NCBI GenBank assembly: GCA_965262335.1
Contig: OZ253528.1
Location: 84,237-148,236, forward strand
DNA length: 64,000 nt
Source of the DNA: Phototrophicaceae bacterium
Lineage (GTDB): Bacteria > Chloroflexota > Anaerolineae > Aggregatilineales > Phototrophicaceae
Direction of reading: 5' to 3'
How positions within the stretch are numbered: the stretch's first letter is position 1; the number at the start of each line of letters is the position of its first letter. A program made the position numbers and the translations under genes. The notes beneath the pieces are model-generated. The model saw only the letters and a list, made by a program, of their open reading frames with translations, made no database searches and was not told the DNA's origin. This document shows, in pieces, positions 9,201-17,094 of this stretch.

Positions 9201-10328
9201 TCAAGACGGAAAATCTGCTCTCTTAATCTCTACCGCTCGGACATTCTGTTGACGATTCTCTACAAACCGGACCACTTGTTCGGTTGCTCGTGATATTCCC
9301 TTCGTACGTTCAAAGAAATCATATGCGAAATCCCTGAAACATAGTTGTGTCTCATTTGAAAAGACGTAATACTTCAGCAGATGACGTAGCAACAAGTAGC
9401 AAGAAATCGTAAAGTACTCAAAGCGGAATGCTAGGACACCAGTGCCGTAAGTTGTCGTGTCCAAAAGCGGGTCGTCATGAAAGACTTTATACATCTCCTT
9501 GAGATTCTGAAGAACTGCACGGGCCGGCACTTCTTGCTCATAACTTGTGTTTCCAATGCCATCCGCCTGAATCGTTTCGTCAATTAGCGTAACTATATTT
9601 TGATCACCAATATTAGTGGGCCCGCCCGAAATTTCCAAAAGCAGGAAGCGTCCGAGCAGTGTTAGATGTTGCATTCGACTATTGGATCTGGCCCGGGTTT
9701 CTGAAAAAAATCCTAATTTGTGTGGGTTGTCATCTATCGATACATAGGAACTAAAATCAAAATCAGAATCATCGGCATATTTGACAAGGAAATTGCGAAC
9801 CAGACTTGAAAGTCGCGCATGTGCAGTTTCCATCTTGTTAAGCGACTCGCCCTGTTGAAGACGCCAAAAGATTTCGGTGGCTGTCTCTTGATGCCTTGTA
9901 TCGAGTGGATCACTTATATTCTTAATTATATCGACGTCAAACTTTAGTTCTCGGTCAACGAACTTTTTGATCTCCGCGGGTAATCTGGAATACGTGCAAT
10001 TCGGTAAGAGAGTATTGATGTCGGAGAGTGAATCAGGCAAAGGCAGTTCGTCCTGAAAGAATGCTTGAACCGTGTTAATCCTTTGTTGGCCGTCCACAAC
10101 TTCGTACTTAGTTTGCATTTCGCCAAGACGCACTAGGCGGATTACTACACTTGGTATGTAGAAGCGACGGAACAAGCTATCTAGCAGAGCTTGCTGTTTC
10201 TTTCTCTCCCAAACCACCTTGCGCTGATAGGGCGGTCGAGTTTCATATTCATCTGCATAGGCAGAGAAGTCACGAATTCGAATATTTGTTCTCTCAGTGT
10301 CGTATTCTGTTCTTGGATTGAATGCCAT
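9201..10328 (-). CDS. DUF262 (ParB-like nuclease/NTPase fold) domain protein without a DUF1524 domain
   Basis: N-terminal ..RPPYQRKVVWERKKQQALLDSLFRRFYIPSVV.. and ..VVDGQQRINTVQAFF.. match the DUF262 signature. AGGAG RBS lies inside the end of the upstream gene. AT-richer than its neighbours. Confidence 0.8.
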   Translation of the reverse strand: MAFNPRTEYDTERTNIRIRDFSAYADEYETRPPYQRKVVWERKKQQALLDSLFRRFYIPSVVIRLVRLGEMQTKYEVVDGQQRINTVQAFFQDELPLPDSLSDINTLLPNCTYSRLPAEIKKFVDRELKFDVDIIKNISDPLDTRHQETATEIFWRLQQGESLNKMETAHARLSSLVRNFLVKYADDSDFDFSSYVSIDDNPHKLGFFSETRARSNSRMQHLTLLGRFLLLEISGGPTNIGDQNIVTLIDETIQADGIGNTSYEQEVPARAVLQNLKEMYKVFHDDPLLDTTTYGTGVLAFRFEYFTISCYLLLRHLLKYYVFSNETQLCFRDFAYDFFERTKGISRATEQVVRFVENRQQNVRAVEIKRADFPS

Positions 10329-10335
10329 ATTCTCT

Positions 10336-12054
10336 TCACTCCTGTCTGAACAGCGCTGGAAACTTCTCCATCGCGCTCATCACCGCTATCGCCGCCGTAT
10401 GCCCCAAGCCACAAATCGATGCCTCTGTCATTGTCATGCCGATATCATGCAGCCGGTCACGATCGCCCGGCGCGGGAGTATCCAGCCGCTCCAATATCTC
10501 GACCTGACGCTGCGTGCCCAACTGACAGGGAAAGCACTTGCCGCAGCTCTCGTGTTGGAAGAAACGTCCCAGCCGCTTGAGAACATCGCGCAAATCCGTC
10601 GTCTGATTAAAGACCATGATTGCGCCCGAGCCGAAGGTGCTGCCCGCCGCCCGCAAATCCTCGAAAGTCAGCCTGACGTCAATCTCGTCCGGCAGCAAAA
10701 ATGTGCCGGCCGCGCCACCCATCAGAATCGCACCCAACTCACCGACGACACCGCCGCAGATCTCATCGAGAAAATGCCGCAGCGTGATTCCGGGCTCGAT
10801 CTCATAGCAGCCGGGTTTTCCAATATGTCCACTGACCGATACCAGTTTAGTGCCGCTGCTTTGCTCGGTGCCGAACTGCTTGAACCAATCCGCTCCATGA
10901 CTGATAATGCCAGGGATCGCGCACAAGGTCTCGACATTGTTGACCGCAGTCGGCTTGCCGAACAAGCCGAAAGTGGTTGGATACGGTGGTTTCATGCGCG
11001 GGAAGCCGCGTTTGCCTTCAATCGCTTCAAAGAGCGCGGTTTCTTCGCCACAGATATAAGCGCCCGCGCCCCGCCGTATCTCGATGTTCAGCGAGAGTGT
11101 TCCCCCCAACATGCCATCGCCAAGCAAGCCATTCTCTTCCGCTTCTTTTATGGCATTCTGCAGGATCGCGGTCGCTTTAGGATATTCGCCGCGGATGAAA
11201 ATATACGCCTTGTCCGTGCCCACAGCGAAGGCTGCCAGCGCCATACCTTCCAGCAACAGATGTGGATGGTGCTCCATCAACACGCGATCCTTGAAGGTGC
11301 CCGGCTCACTTTCATCGGCGTTACAGACGACATACTTGATCTCGCCCGTCGTTCCACGCGTAAACTTCCATTTCATGCCGGTCGGGAAAGCCGCGCCACC
11401 TCGTCCGATCAAGCCGGAGCCTTCCACTTGCGCGATCACCGCCTCGGGTGTCATACTTGTGATCGCCTTGCGCAACGCCGCATAATCGCCGTAATCAGAC
11501 AGAGACTTCGGTGCTGCTGTCATGTCAGGATCAAGCATCACCGACCCGCCATCACCCGCAGGCGTGAAATAATCGTCTTCCCATTCACCTAACAGCTCAT
11601 CCACTGTCACATTCGCCAGCGCCATATCCGCCTCACCCCGCGCGCTGACCAAAGCCGCCGGCGCATAATCGCACATGCCGAGGCAAGGCGAATGCTCAAC
11701 CGTGTATTCGCCATCAAGAGTGGATTCGTCGGCCGCAATATCCAGCCGGGCGCAAACATCATGCAAAACCTGATCAGCGCCGGACAAGCTGCAAGTGGGA
11801 TCGGTGCAAACCCGGATGATGCGCCGCCCGGTCGGCTGCTCATGAAAAAGCGTGTAGAAGCCGATCACCCCATAGATGTCCGCTTCCGGAACCCGCAATA
11901 AATGTGAGATTTTATGCACATGCTCGGGACTGATACTGCCGCAAGCGCCCTGTACATCCCAAAGTACCGGCAACAACGCCTCGCGCCCACGTCCGTGGTA
12001 GGGCGTGAAGAGGGATGCGATTGAAGGAATTGAAGTTTCTGTATGATTAGTCAT
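10336..12054 (-). CDS. NuoE-NuoF fusion: NAD(H)-binding diaphorase subunit of NAD-dependent formate dehydrogenase
   Basis: N-terminal thioredoxin-like [2Fe-2S] part (..RVCTDPTCSL..SPCLGMCDYAPA..). FMN/NADH part (..GRGGAAFPTGMKW.., ..CNADESEPGTF..) and [4Fe-4S] ESCGKCFPCQLG. ATG 12054 is preferred over the TTG at 12066. Confidence 0.85.
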   Translation of the reverse strand: MTNHTETSIPSIASLFTPYHGRGREALLPVLWDVQGACGSISPEHVHKISHLLRVPEADIYGVIGFYTLFHEQPTGRRIIRVCTDPTCSLSGADQVLHDVCARLDIAADESTLDGEYTVEHSPCLGMCDYAPAALVSARGEADMALANVTVDELLGEWEDDYFTPAGDGGSVMLDPDMTAAPKSLSDYGDYAALRKAITSMTPEAVIAQVEGSGLIGRGGAAFPTGMKWKFTRGTTGEIKYVVCNADESEPGTFKDRVLMEHHPHLLLEGMALAAFAVGTDKAYIFIRGEYPKATAILQNAIKEAEENGLLGDGMLGGTLSLNIEIRRGAGAYICGEETALFEAIEGKRGFPRMKPPYPTTFGLFGKPTAVNNVETLCAIPGIISHGADWFKQFGTEQSSGTKLVSVSGHIGKPGCYEIEPGITLRHFLDEICGGVVGELGAILMGGAAGTFLLPDEIDVRLTFEDLRAAGSTFGSGAIMVFNQTTDLRDVLKRLGRFFQHESCGKCFPCQLGTQRQVEILERLDTPAPGDRDRLHDIGMTMTEASICGLGHTAAIAVMSAMEKFPALFRQE

Positions 12055-12062
12055 CCATAGCT

Positions 12063-13331
12063 TCAATCAACAAGCTTGCCATCACCATCGAAAAACTCCC
12101 ATCCTAAATTTACTGTACACGATTCGTCCCACGTTTGCAGAGCCAAAGCGTCAAGGTTCAAGTTGTACTCATCGTTCAGATAAGCAAGGTACTGTGCGAA
12201 TTTCCGCCTCTCTGTGAGTCGTTCCAACGCTGTATCTTTGTCTGTCCAGTAATGGTATATCAGGGTACAGGAGGATTCCAGAACACCTGCTCTCATGTAA
12301 GCCCCGTCAATGTTACATCGTCCGTAGCTAGCCGTATACAAATCCAGCTCGTCAATGATTCGCTGAGTTTCGCAGTCATTGCTGGCAGGTATTGTTGAAC
12401 CTATTGAGCTTGTACGAGCTGTGACTTCAGGCTTTCGCGTCGCAGTCACTGGGGGCTTTCCGCGCGTCAATAACGAGGAGTGGATGTACTCGTCGGCATC
12501 TGTTCTGGCCCATCGGCTGCTTCCGCTAATAGTTTGACCGTCCTCGAACCCGGTAACATACACGGTTTTCCCAAATTGAACCCGTGCTACCACAGAGCAG
12601 GATGTACTGGCACAGGACCTTACATTTACACCACCTGACCTGCTGATGTAGTAAGTGCCCGCTTCTGGATCAACAGTCGGGCGCGGAGTGCGTGACGAAG
12701 TAGGTATGTTCGTCGGCGAATCCGTTGGGGTGATCGAAGGTGTCGCCGTCAGTATATTAGTTGGTGTAATCGTCGGCCTCACTGTCAATCTCGGCGTAGG
12801 TGTTTTGGTTGCCGTCAGAGTGACTGTTAATTTGTTTCGGGGTGTTAATTGAGTTATCAGTAAAAGTGTATGTGAGGAATTAGATCGCACTTCGAATTTC
12901 AGGGAACGCAGGGGACATATGATATGAAATGCTTTAGCTGCCTCTGATATCAGTGAAGTAAAACATCTTTGCGGAGAAGCCTGGAGTTCGATGTCTGTAT
13001 TTGGAAAATCCTTACCTCTATAATTTGTTTCATCATCGCCGCCTATTCCTACTGTAATAATCGACCATGAACCTTCTTCAAGACCAAGTGTTCCTACAGT
13101 CCGATAGTAGTCAGACTGAAATGTCCGTTCTTTCTTATTCCCCTTCATCAGATAAACTTGAGCTAGGTTGATGAATTCAGCCTCACCAATGTCGATAAAC
13201 AAAACAGGACTTTCTTCAGTTGCCTGATCAAGCGTGTCTTGTGCCAAGACAGGAATATTCAATGTAAGAAAAGCAATCAGCAAGACAAGTATTCGAATCA
13301 TGGAGTACGTCTTTTCAGCGTGTTGGTTCAT
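12063..13331 (-). CDS. Secreted hypothetical protein with Thr/Pro-rich linker and SH3b-like domain
   Basis: Signal-like N-terminus (ILVLLIAFLTLNIPVLAQD), a ~60-aa T/P-rich linker, then YYISRSGGVNVRSCASTSCSVVARVQFGKTVYV..GSSRWAR (bacterial SH3 pattern). Clearly AT-richer than the flanking fdh genes. Confidence 0.55.
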   Translation of the reverse strand: MNQHAEKTYSMIRILVLLIAFLTLNIPVLAQDTLDQATEESPVLFIDIGEAEFINLAQVYLMKGNKKERTFQSDYYRTVGTLGLEEGSWSIITVGIGGDDETNYRGKDFPNTDIELQASPQRCFTSLISEAAKAFHIICPLRSLKFEVRSNSSHTLLLITQLTPRNKLTVTLTATKTPTPRLTVRPTITPTNILTATPSITPTDSPTNIPTSSRTPRPTVDPEAGTYYISRSGGVNVRSCASTSCSVVARVQFGKTVYVTGFEDGQTISGSSRWARTDADEYIHSSLLTRGKPPVTATRKPEVTARTSSIGSTIPASNDCETQRIIDELDLYTASYGRCNIDGAYMRAGVLESSCTLIYHYWTDKDTALERLTERRKFAQYLAYLNDEYNLNLDALALQTWDESCTVNLGWEFFDGDGKLVD

Positions 13332-13356
13332 TTATTTCGTGTTGTCCACTACGGTT

Positions 13357-13965
13357 TCAGCTTCGTTGATGTTCATTGATCCAGTTCTCAGCAGCCGCCA
13401 TTTCAGCCGGCGTATTCAGATTGCTGAAGCACAGCCCGTCTGTGTCATAAGCCGCATAATCCGCCTCATCAAGATATCGCACACGCATCCGGTCGTAGAA
13501 GCGGATGATCTTCAGTCGATTTTGCTTCAACTGTTCGGCAATAGGAGACAAGCAGGTTTTTTTGTAAATCGCGTGCAGTCCTTGTGGATAACCAGCGACG
13601 CGCGGCACTACAATATCTGTCGCCTCGTCCATCTGCTCGATCATGAAGCTCAACATATCCGGCTTGATGAAGGGCATGTCGCAAGCCAGCACCAGCACAT
13701 CGGCTTTGTCAGCCTTCGTCAGCGCAGTGTAAATCCCGCCCAGTGATCCTTTGTCGGGATGAACATCCGCGAACATTTCCAACCCGAGATGCCGATAGTC
13801 GTCGGTTCTGTTGGTTATCAGCAGCGTCTCCGATTGTCTCAGATCGGCAGTCCGCTCAATGACATGCTCGATCATGGCTTTGCCGCCCAACTCGACAAAG
13901 GCTTTGTCGCGCCCCATGCGCCGGCTCTTGCCACCTGCGATTATTGCGAGGGAGACTTCGGTCAT
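13357..13965 (-). CDS. mobA: Molybdenum cofactor guanylyltransferase MobA
   Basis: ..AIIAGGKSRRMGRDKAFVELGGK.. and ..VLACDMPF.. are MobA hallmarks. Start ATG overlaps the hepT stop (ATGA). Confidence 0.85.
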   Translation of the reverse strand: MTEVSLAIIAGGKSRRMGRDKAFVELGGKAMIEHVIERTADLRQSETLLITNRTDDYRHLGLEMFADVHPDKGSLGGIYTALTKADKADVLVLACDMPFIKPDMLSFMIEQMDEATDIVVPRVAGYPQGLHAIYKKTCLSPIAEQLKQNRLKIIRFYDRMRVRYLDEADYAAYDTDGLCFSNLNTPAEMAAAENWINEHQRS

Positions 13966-14321
13966 GACGCATCGGCCTCAAGGATGTGCTCCAAATCGTC
14001 GATTAGCGGCGGCATGTGTTCGGTTGCCGTCTGCCAGATCACGTCCAAGTCAATGGCATAGTAGACATGGACCAGTCGATGGCGCATTCCGATTATGTCA
14101 GGCCATGGAATGGTCACGTAACCTCGTCTTGTATCGGCCGTGACGCTATTGGCAGCTTCTCCGATGATTTGCAGAGTTCTTGCCAATGCAAGCTGTAGCA
14201 TCCGGTTTCTGTCGAGCGACTGGCGCGATTCACCCGTAGCAATGCGTTCAGTGTATCGCGCCCATTCCAACATGTGAAGCAAACGGGTCGGATCATTCTC
14301 GCGAGTTTTGGACAAAAACAA
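13962..14321 (-). CDS. hepT: HepT (DUF86) family toxin, HEPN RNase
   Basis: ..LQIIGEAANSV..IPWPDIIGMRHRLVHVYYAIDLDVIW.. contains the Rx4HxY HEPN motif typical of DUF86. Confidence 0.8.
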   Translation of the reverse strand: MFLSKTRENDPTRLLHMLEWARYTERIATGESRQSLDRNRMLQLALARTLQIIGEAANSVTADTRRGYVTIPWPDIIGMRHRLVHVYYAIDLDVIWQTATEHMPPLIDDLEHILEADAS

Positions 14322-14625
14322 GTGTCGCCCCTTTAAGGATCGTTTGCCGAGTAGTCATTTCAAGCTCGTTTGGCGTACGCAAGTCAATCGCGCCACCGAT
14401 GATCTTACTCAATTCGCGTTCTTGCCGCGCCATGTCAATATACGTGATGGACGCGCCGGGAAGATAATCCACCAGTATACCAACTTCGGTATTTGGTCGG
14501 AGCCAGTCATCAAATGCTGCGCCCAACAGCGACAAGTTAGCTATTTGTTGCGTTTCGCAATAGGCGCGAATCGCTGCTACCGGAACATCAACTCTCAGCG
14601 TCTCGCTCATGATTATGCCCTTCAA
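14293..14625 (-). CDS. mntA: MntA-like minimal nucleotidyltransferase antitoxin with a degenerate catalytic motif
   Basis: ..IANLSLLGAAFDDWLRPNTEVGILVDY..IDLRTP.. aligns with the LFGSxxRGxxxxxSDxDxLV..VDL consensus, but GS is GA and DxD is ExG. Gene is immediately upstream of and overlapping hepT. Confidence 0.65.
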   Translation of the reverse strand: MKGIIMSETLRVDVPVAAIRAYCETQQIANLSLLGAAFDDWLRPNTEVGILVDYLPGASITYIDMARQERELSKIIGGAIDLRTPNELEMTTRQTILKGATLVFVQNSRE

Positions 14626-14646
14626 TCGTAACCTGGCTGGCCCACG

Positions 14647-16788
14647 CTAATGCACAAACCGCACTGGATCCTTGATCGCGCCCTGCTCTTCCAGCACGGT
14701 CGACGCCCGAGCCACCTTCTCCAGCTTGACCGCCGCCATCTTGAAATCGGGTATCTTGGCGCGCGGATCAATTTTGTCCAATGTGAGCAGGTTCGCGGCT
14801 GCCTCGACAAAATGGAAAGGCAGAAACACCGTGCCCGACGGCGAGCGGCCGGTGACCATCACCTGACATTCCACCTGCCCGCGCCGCGACGTGATGCGCA
14901 GCCAATCGCCCGAAACGACTTGCAGCTTGCCAGCATCCGCCGGGTGCATCTCGATGATCGGCACCGGAAATGCATCTTCCAGTCTCGAGCGCCGCGTCAT
15001 CGTCCCGCCATGCCAGTGGAATAGCACGCGCCCGGTCGTCAGATGATAAGGATATTCCGAATCTGGCAATTCACTTTCGGTGCCATATTCCAGTTCCCAG
15101 AATTTACCTTTGCCGCGAGGGAAATCATCCTCGAACAGATAAGGCGTGCCCGGATGATCCACCGCCGGGCAAGGCCAGTGCACACCGCCCTCGCGGTTCA
15201 GCCGCGCATAAGTGATGCCATAAAAGTCCGGCGTGACCGAGCGAATCTCTTCCCAAATCTCTTCCGCATCGCGATAAGCGAATCCGGCGCTGCGTTCCAC
15301 GCCCAGTTGCGCTTCCATGCGCTGGGCAAGTTGACAAATGATCTGCCAATCGGGCAGGGACTCGCCGACCGCCGGCAAGGCCTGCCGCACACGCTGTACG
15401 CGTCGATCGCTGTTGGTAAACGTGCCTTCTTTTTCGGCAAAGCTCGCCGATGGCAAGATGACATCCGCCATTTCGCCGGTTTCATTCATGAAAATATCGA
15501 TGCAGACCAGCAGATCCAGTTCTTCCAAAGCATGTTGCGCATGCGACAGATTCGGCTCGCTCATCATCGGGTTTTCGCCCATGACGATCATTGCTTTGAT
15601 CTGCCCCAGCAAGGCGCCGTCCACCATCTCGGTGACGGTAAGCCCCGGTGTCGGGTTCAGTTCCGTATTCCAGGCGGCTTCAAATTTGCCCTTGATCGCC
15701 GGATCGCTGACCGACTGATAGGCCGTATACACTGTCGGTAAGCCGCCGCTATCGGAGCAGCCCTGTACATTATTTTGTCCGCGCAAAGGATTAAGCCCGG
15801 TGCCAGGTTTGCCGACATGCCCGCACATCAGCGCCAAATTGGTGATCGACAGCGCGTTATCGGTGCCGTGGGTGCTCTGGCTGATGCCCATGCCCCAATA
15901 AAAGGCGGCTCGCTCGGCATCGGCATACATGCGCGCCGCCTGACGAAGGTCATCGGCCGGCACTCCACTAATCGCCTCCGCCCATTCCGGCGTACAATGC
16001 TCCAGCGATTCGATATAGTCCTCAAAGCCTTCGGTGCGCGCTTCGATGAACGCCGGATCGAAGCGGTTCTCGCTAACGATTACGTTGGCCATCGCCTGGA
16101 AGACCGCCACATCCGTGCCAGGTTTTTGCCGCAGCCACAAGGTCGCGAAGTCCGTCAGCTCGATCTGTCGTGGATCAATCACAATCAGCTTTGCGCCATT
16201 CTTGCGCACCGCTTTCTTCAGGAACAGACTGATGACCGGATGCGTCTCGGTGGTGTTGCTGCCGGTGACAATAAAGGTATCGAGATGCTCCATCTCGGCG
16301 ATGCTATTGCTCATAGCGCTGGAACCGATCGCCAGCTGCAAACCGGTCACGCTGCCGGCATGGCACAAACGCGCGCAGTGATCGACATTATTCGTCTTCA
16401 TCACTGCCCGCACCCACTTCTGGAAAACATAATTGTCCTCATTAGTCGCTTTGGCACAGGCATAAGTCGCCATACTGTCTCCGCCGTGCTGCCTGACAAT
16501 GGACGACAAGCGTTGGCTAACGAAGTCCAGCGCTTCATCCCAACTGGCTTCGCGGAAATTGCCGCGCGCGCCATCACGGATCAGCGGCTTTTTCAAGCGC
16601 CGCGGATGCGTGGCGAAATCCAACCCGAAGCGCCCCTTGACGCAGAGATTGCCGTAATTGGGCGCGCTGTCAAACGGCGCTTCCACACGGTAGATTTTCT
16701 CGTCTTTGATTTGCAAGTTCATCTGACAACCGACGCCACAGTATGGGCAGGTTGTGCGGACAGTAGAGTCAGGATGTACGGCGGTCAT
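14647..16788 (-). CDS. fdhA: Formate dehydrogenase catalytic subunit (Mo/W-bis-PGD), Cys type, lacking the N-terminal Fe-S module
   Basis: Starts directly with the [4Fe-4S] motif CPYCGVGC..C of molybdopterin oxidoreductases. Active-site context ..VDHCARLCHAGSV.. has Cys, no in-frame TGA. 713 aa. Confidence 0.9.
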   Translation of the reverse strand: MTAVHPDSTVRTTCPYCGVGCQMNLQIKDEKIYRVEAPFDSAPNYGNLCVKGRFGLDFATHPRRLKKPLIRDGARGNFREASWDEALDFVSQRLSSIVRQHGGDSMATYACAKATNEDNYVFQKWVRAVMKTNNVDHCARLCHAGSVTGLQLAIGSSAMSNSIAEMEHLDTFIVTGSNTTETHPVISLFLKKAVRKNGAKLIVIDPRQIELTDFATLWLRQKPGTDVAVFQAMANVIVSENRFDPAFIEARTEGFEDYIESLEHCTPEWAEAISGVPADDLRQAARMYADAERAAFYWGMGISQSTHGTDNALSITNLALMCGHVGKPGTGLNPLRGQNNVQGCSDSGGLPTVYTAYQSVSDPAIKGKFEAAWNTELNPTPGLTVTEMVDGALLGQIKAMIVMGENPMMSEPNLSHAQHALEELDLLVCIDIFMNETGEMADVILPSASFAEKEGTFTNSDRRVQRVRQALPAVGESLPDWQIICQLAQRMEAQLGVERSAGFAYRDAEEIWEEIRSVTPDFYGITYARLNREGGVHWPCPAVDHPGTPYLFEDDFPRGKGKFWELEYGTESELPDSEYPYHLTTGRVLFHWHGGTMTRRSRLEDAFPVPIIEMHPADAGKLQVVSGDWLRITSRRGQVECQVMVTGRSPSGTVFLPFHFVEAAANLLTLDKIDPRAKIPDFKMAAVKLEKVARASTVLEEQGAIKDPVRFVH

Positions 16789-16820
16789 AGGCCACTCTCC
16801 AGGAAATTGTCCCTCTTCTC

Positions 16821-16849
16821 ATTATATCCGGCGTCTATGCCCTTGCCAA
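16821..16849 (-). promoter_or_regulatory. Candidate sigma70-type promoter for the fdhA operon
   Basis: Minus strand reads TTGGCA, 17 nt, TATAAT, about 30 nt upstream of the GGAGA RBS and the ATG at 16788. Confidence 0.45.
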
Positions 16850-16904
16850 CAAGAAGCAGCCTCCAGCTACTTCGCGCAGCCAAAATCTGCGATATGAGCG
16901 AATA

Positions 16905-16933
16905 TTGCATACAATGTTAGAAAGTTATATAAT
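16905..16933 (+). promoter_or_regulatory. Candidate sigma70-type promoter for the 17095 gene
   Basis: Plus strand reads TTGCAT, 17 nt, TATAAT in an AT-rich divergent intergenic region. Confidence 0.45.
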
Positions 16934-17094
16934 TCTACGAAATATGGAGCGTGGCGAGAGTCACACTTCTGGACGAAACAAGCTATTCGCGCCAAACTCA
17001 TGACAAAAAACTTAGCGTAATGCCTATTCTTGAGGTACTATTTTGCTAATTATCTATTACTAGTAAGGCTTACTCATTTGATTGATGTTATAAT

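Noticed and set aside
8983-9204. 73-aa ORF downstream of the DUF262 gene as a partner gene
   Set aside because: It has a TTG start only (TTGA overlap), no RBS and no recognisable motif. It is kept only as a note under the DUF262 finding.
14647-16788. Possible selenocysteine recoding / SECIS in fdhA
   Set aside because: The frame is uninterrupted by TGA and the active-site position reads Cys (..CARLCHAGSV..). No recoding is needed.
15775-16920. Long antisense ORFs opposite real genes. Examples: 15775..16920 (+), 10297..11592 (+), 18261..19214 (-), 50325..51104 (-), 59383..60171 (+), 32669..33460 (-), 27929..28630 (-), 54877..55530 (-), 45050..45682 (-).
   Set aside because: Each lies fully inside a gene with clear family motifs on the other strand. 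Their translations are Arg/Ala/Gly/Pro-rich low-complexity, typical of spurious frames in GC-rich DNA.
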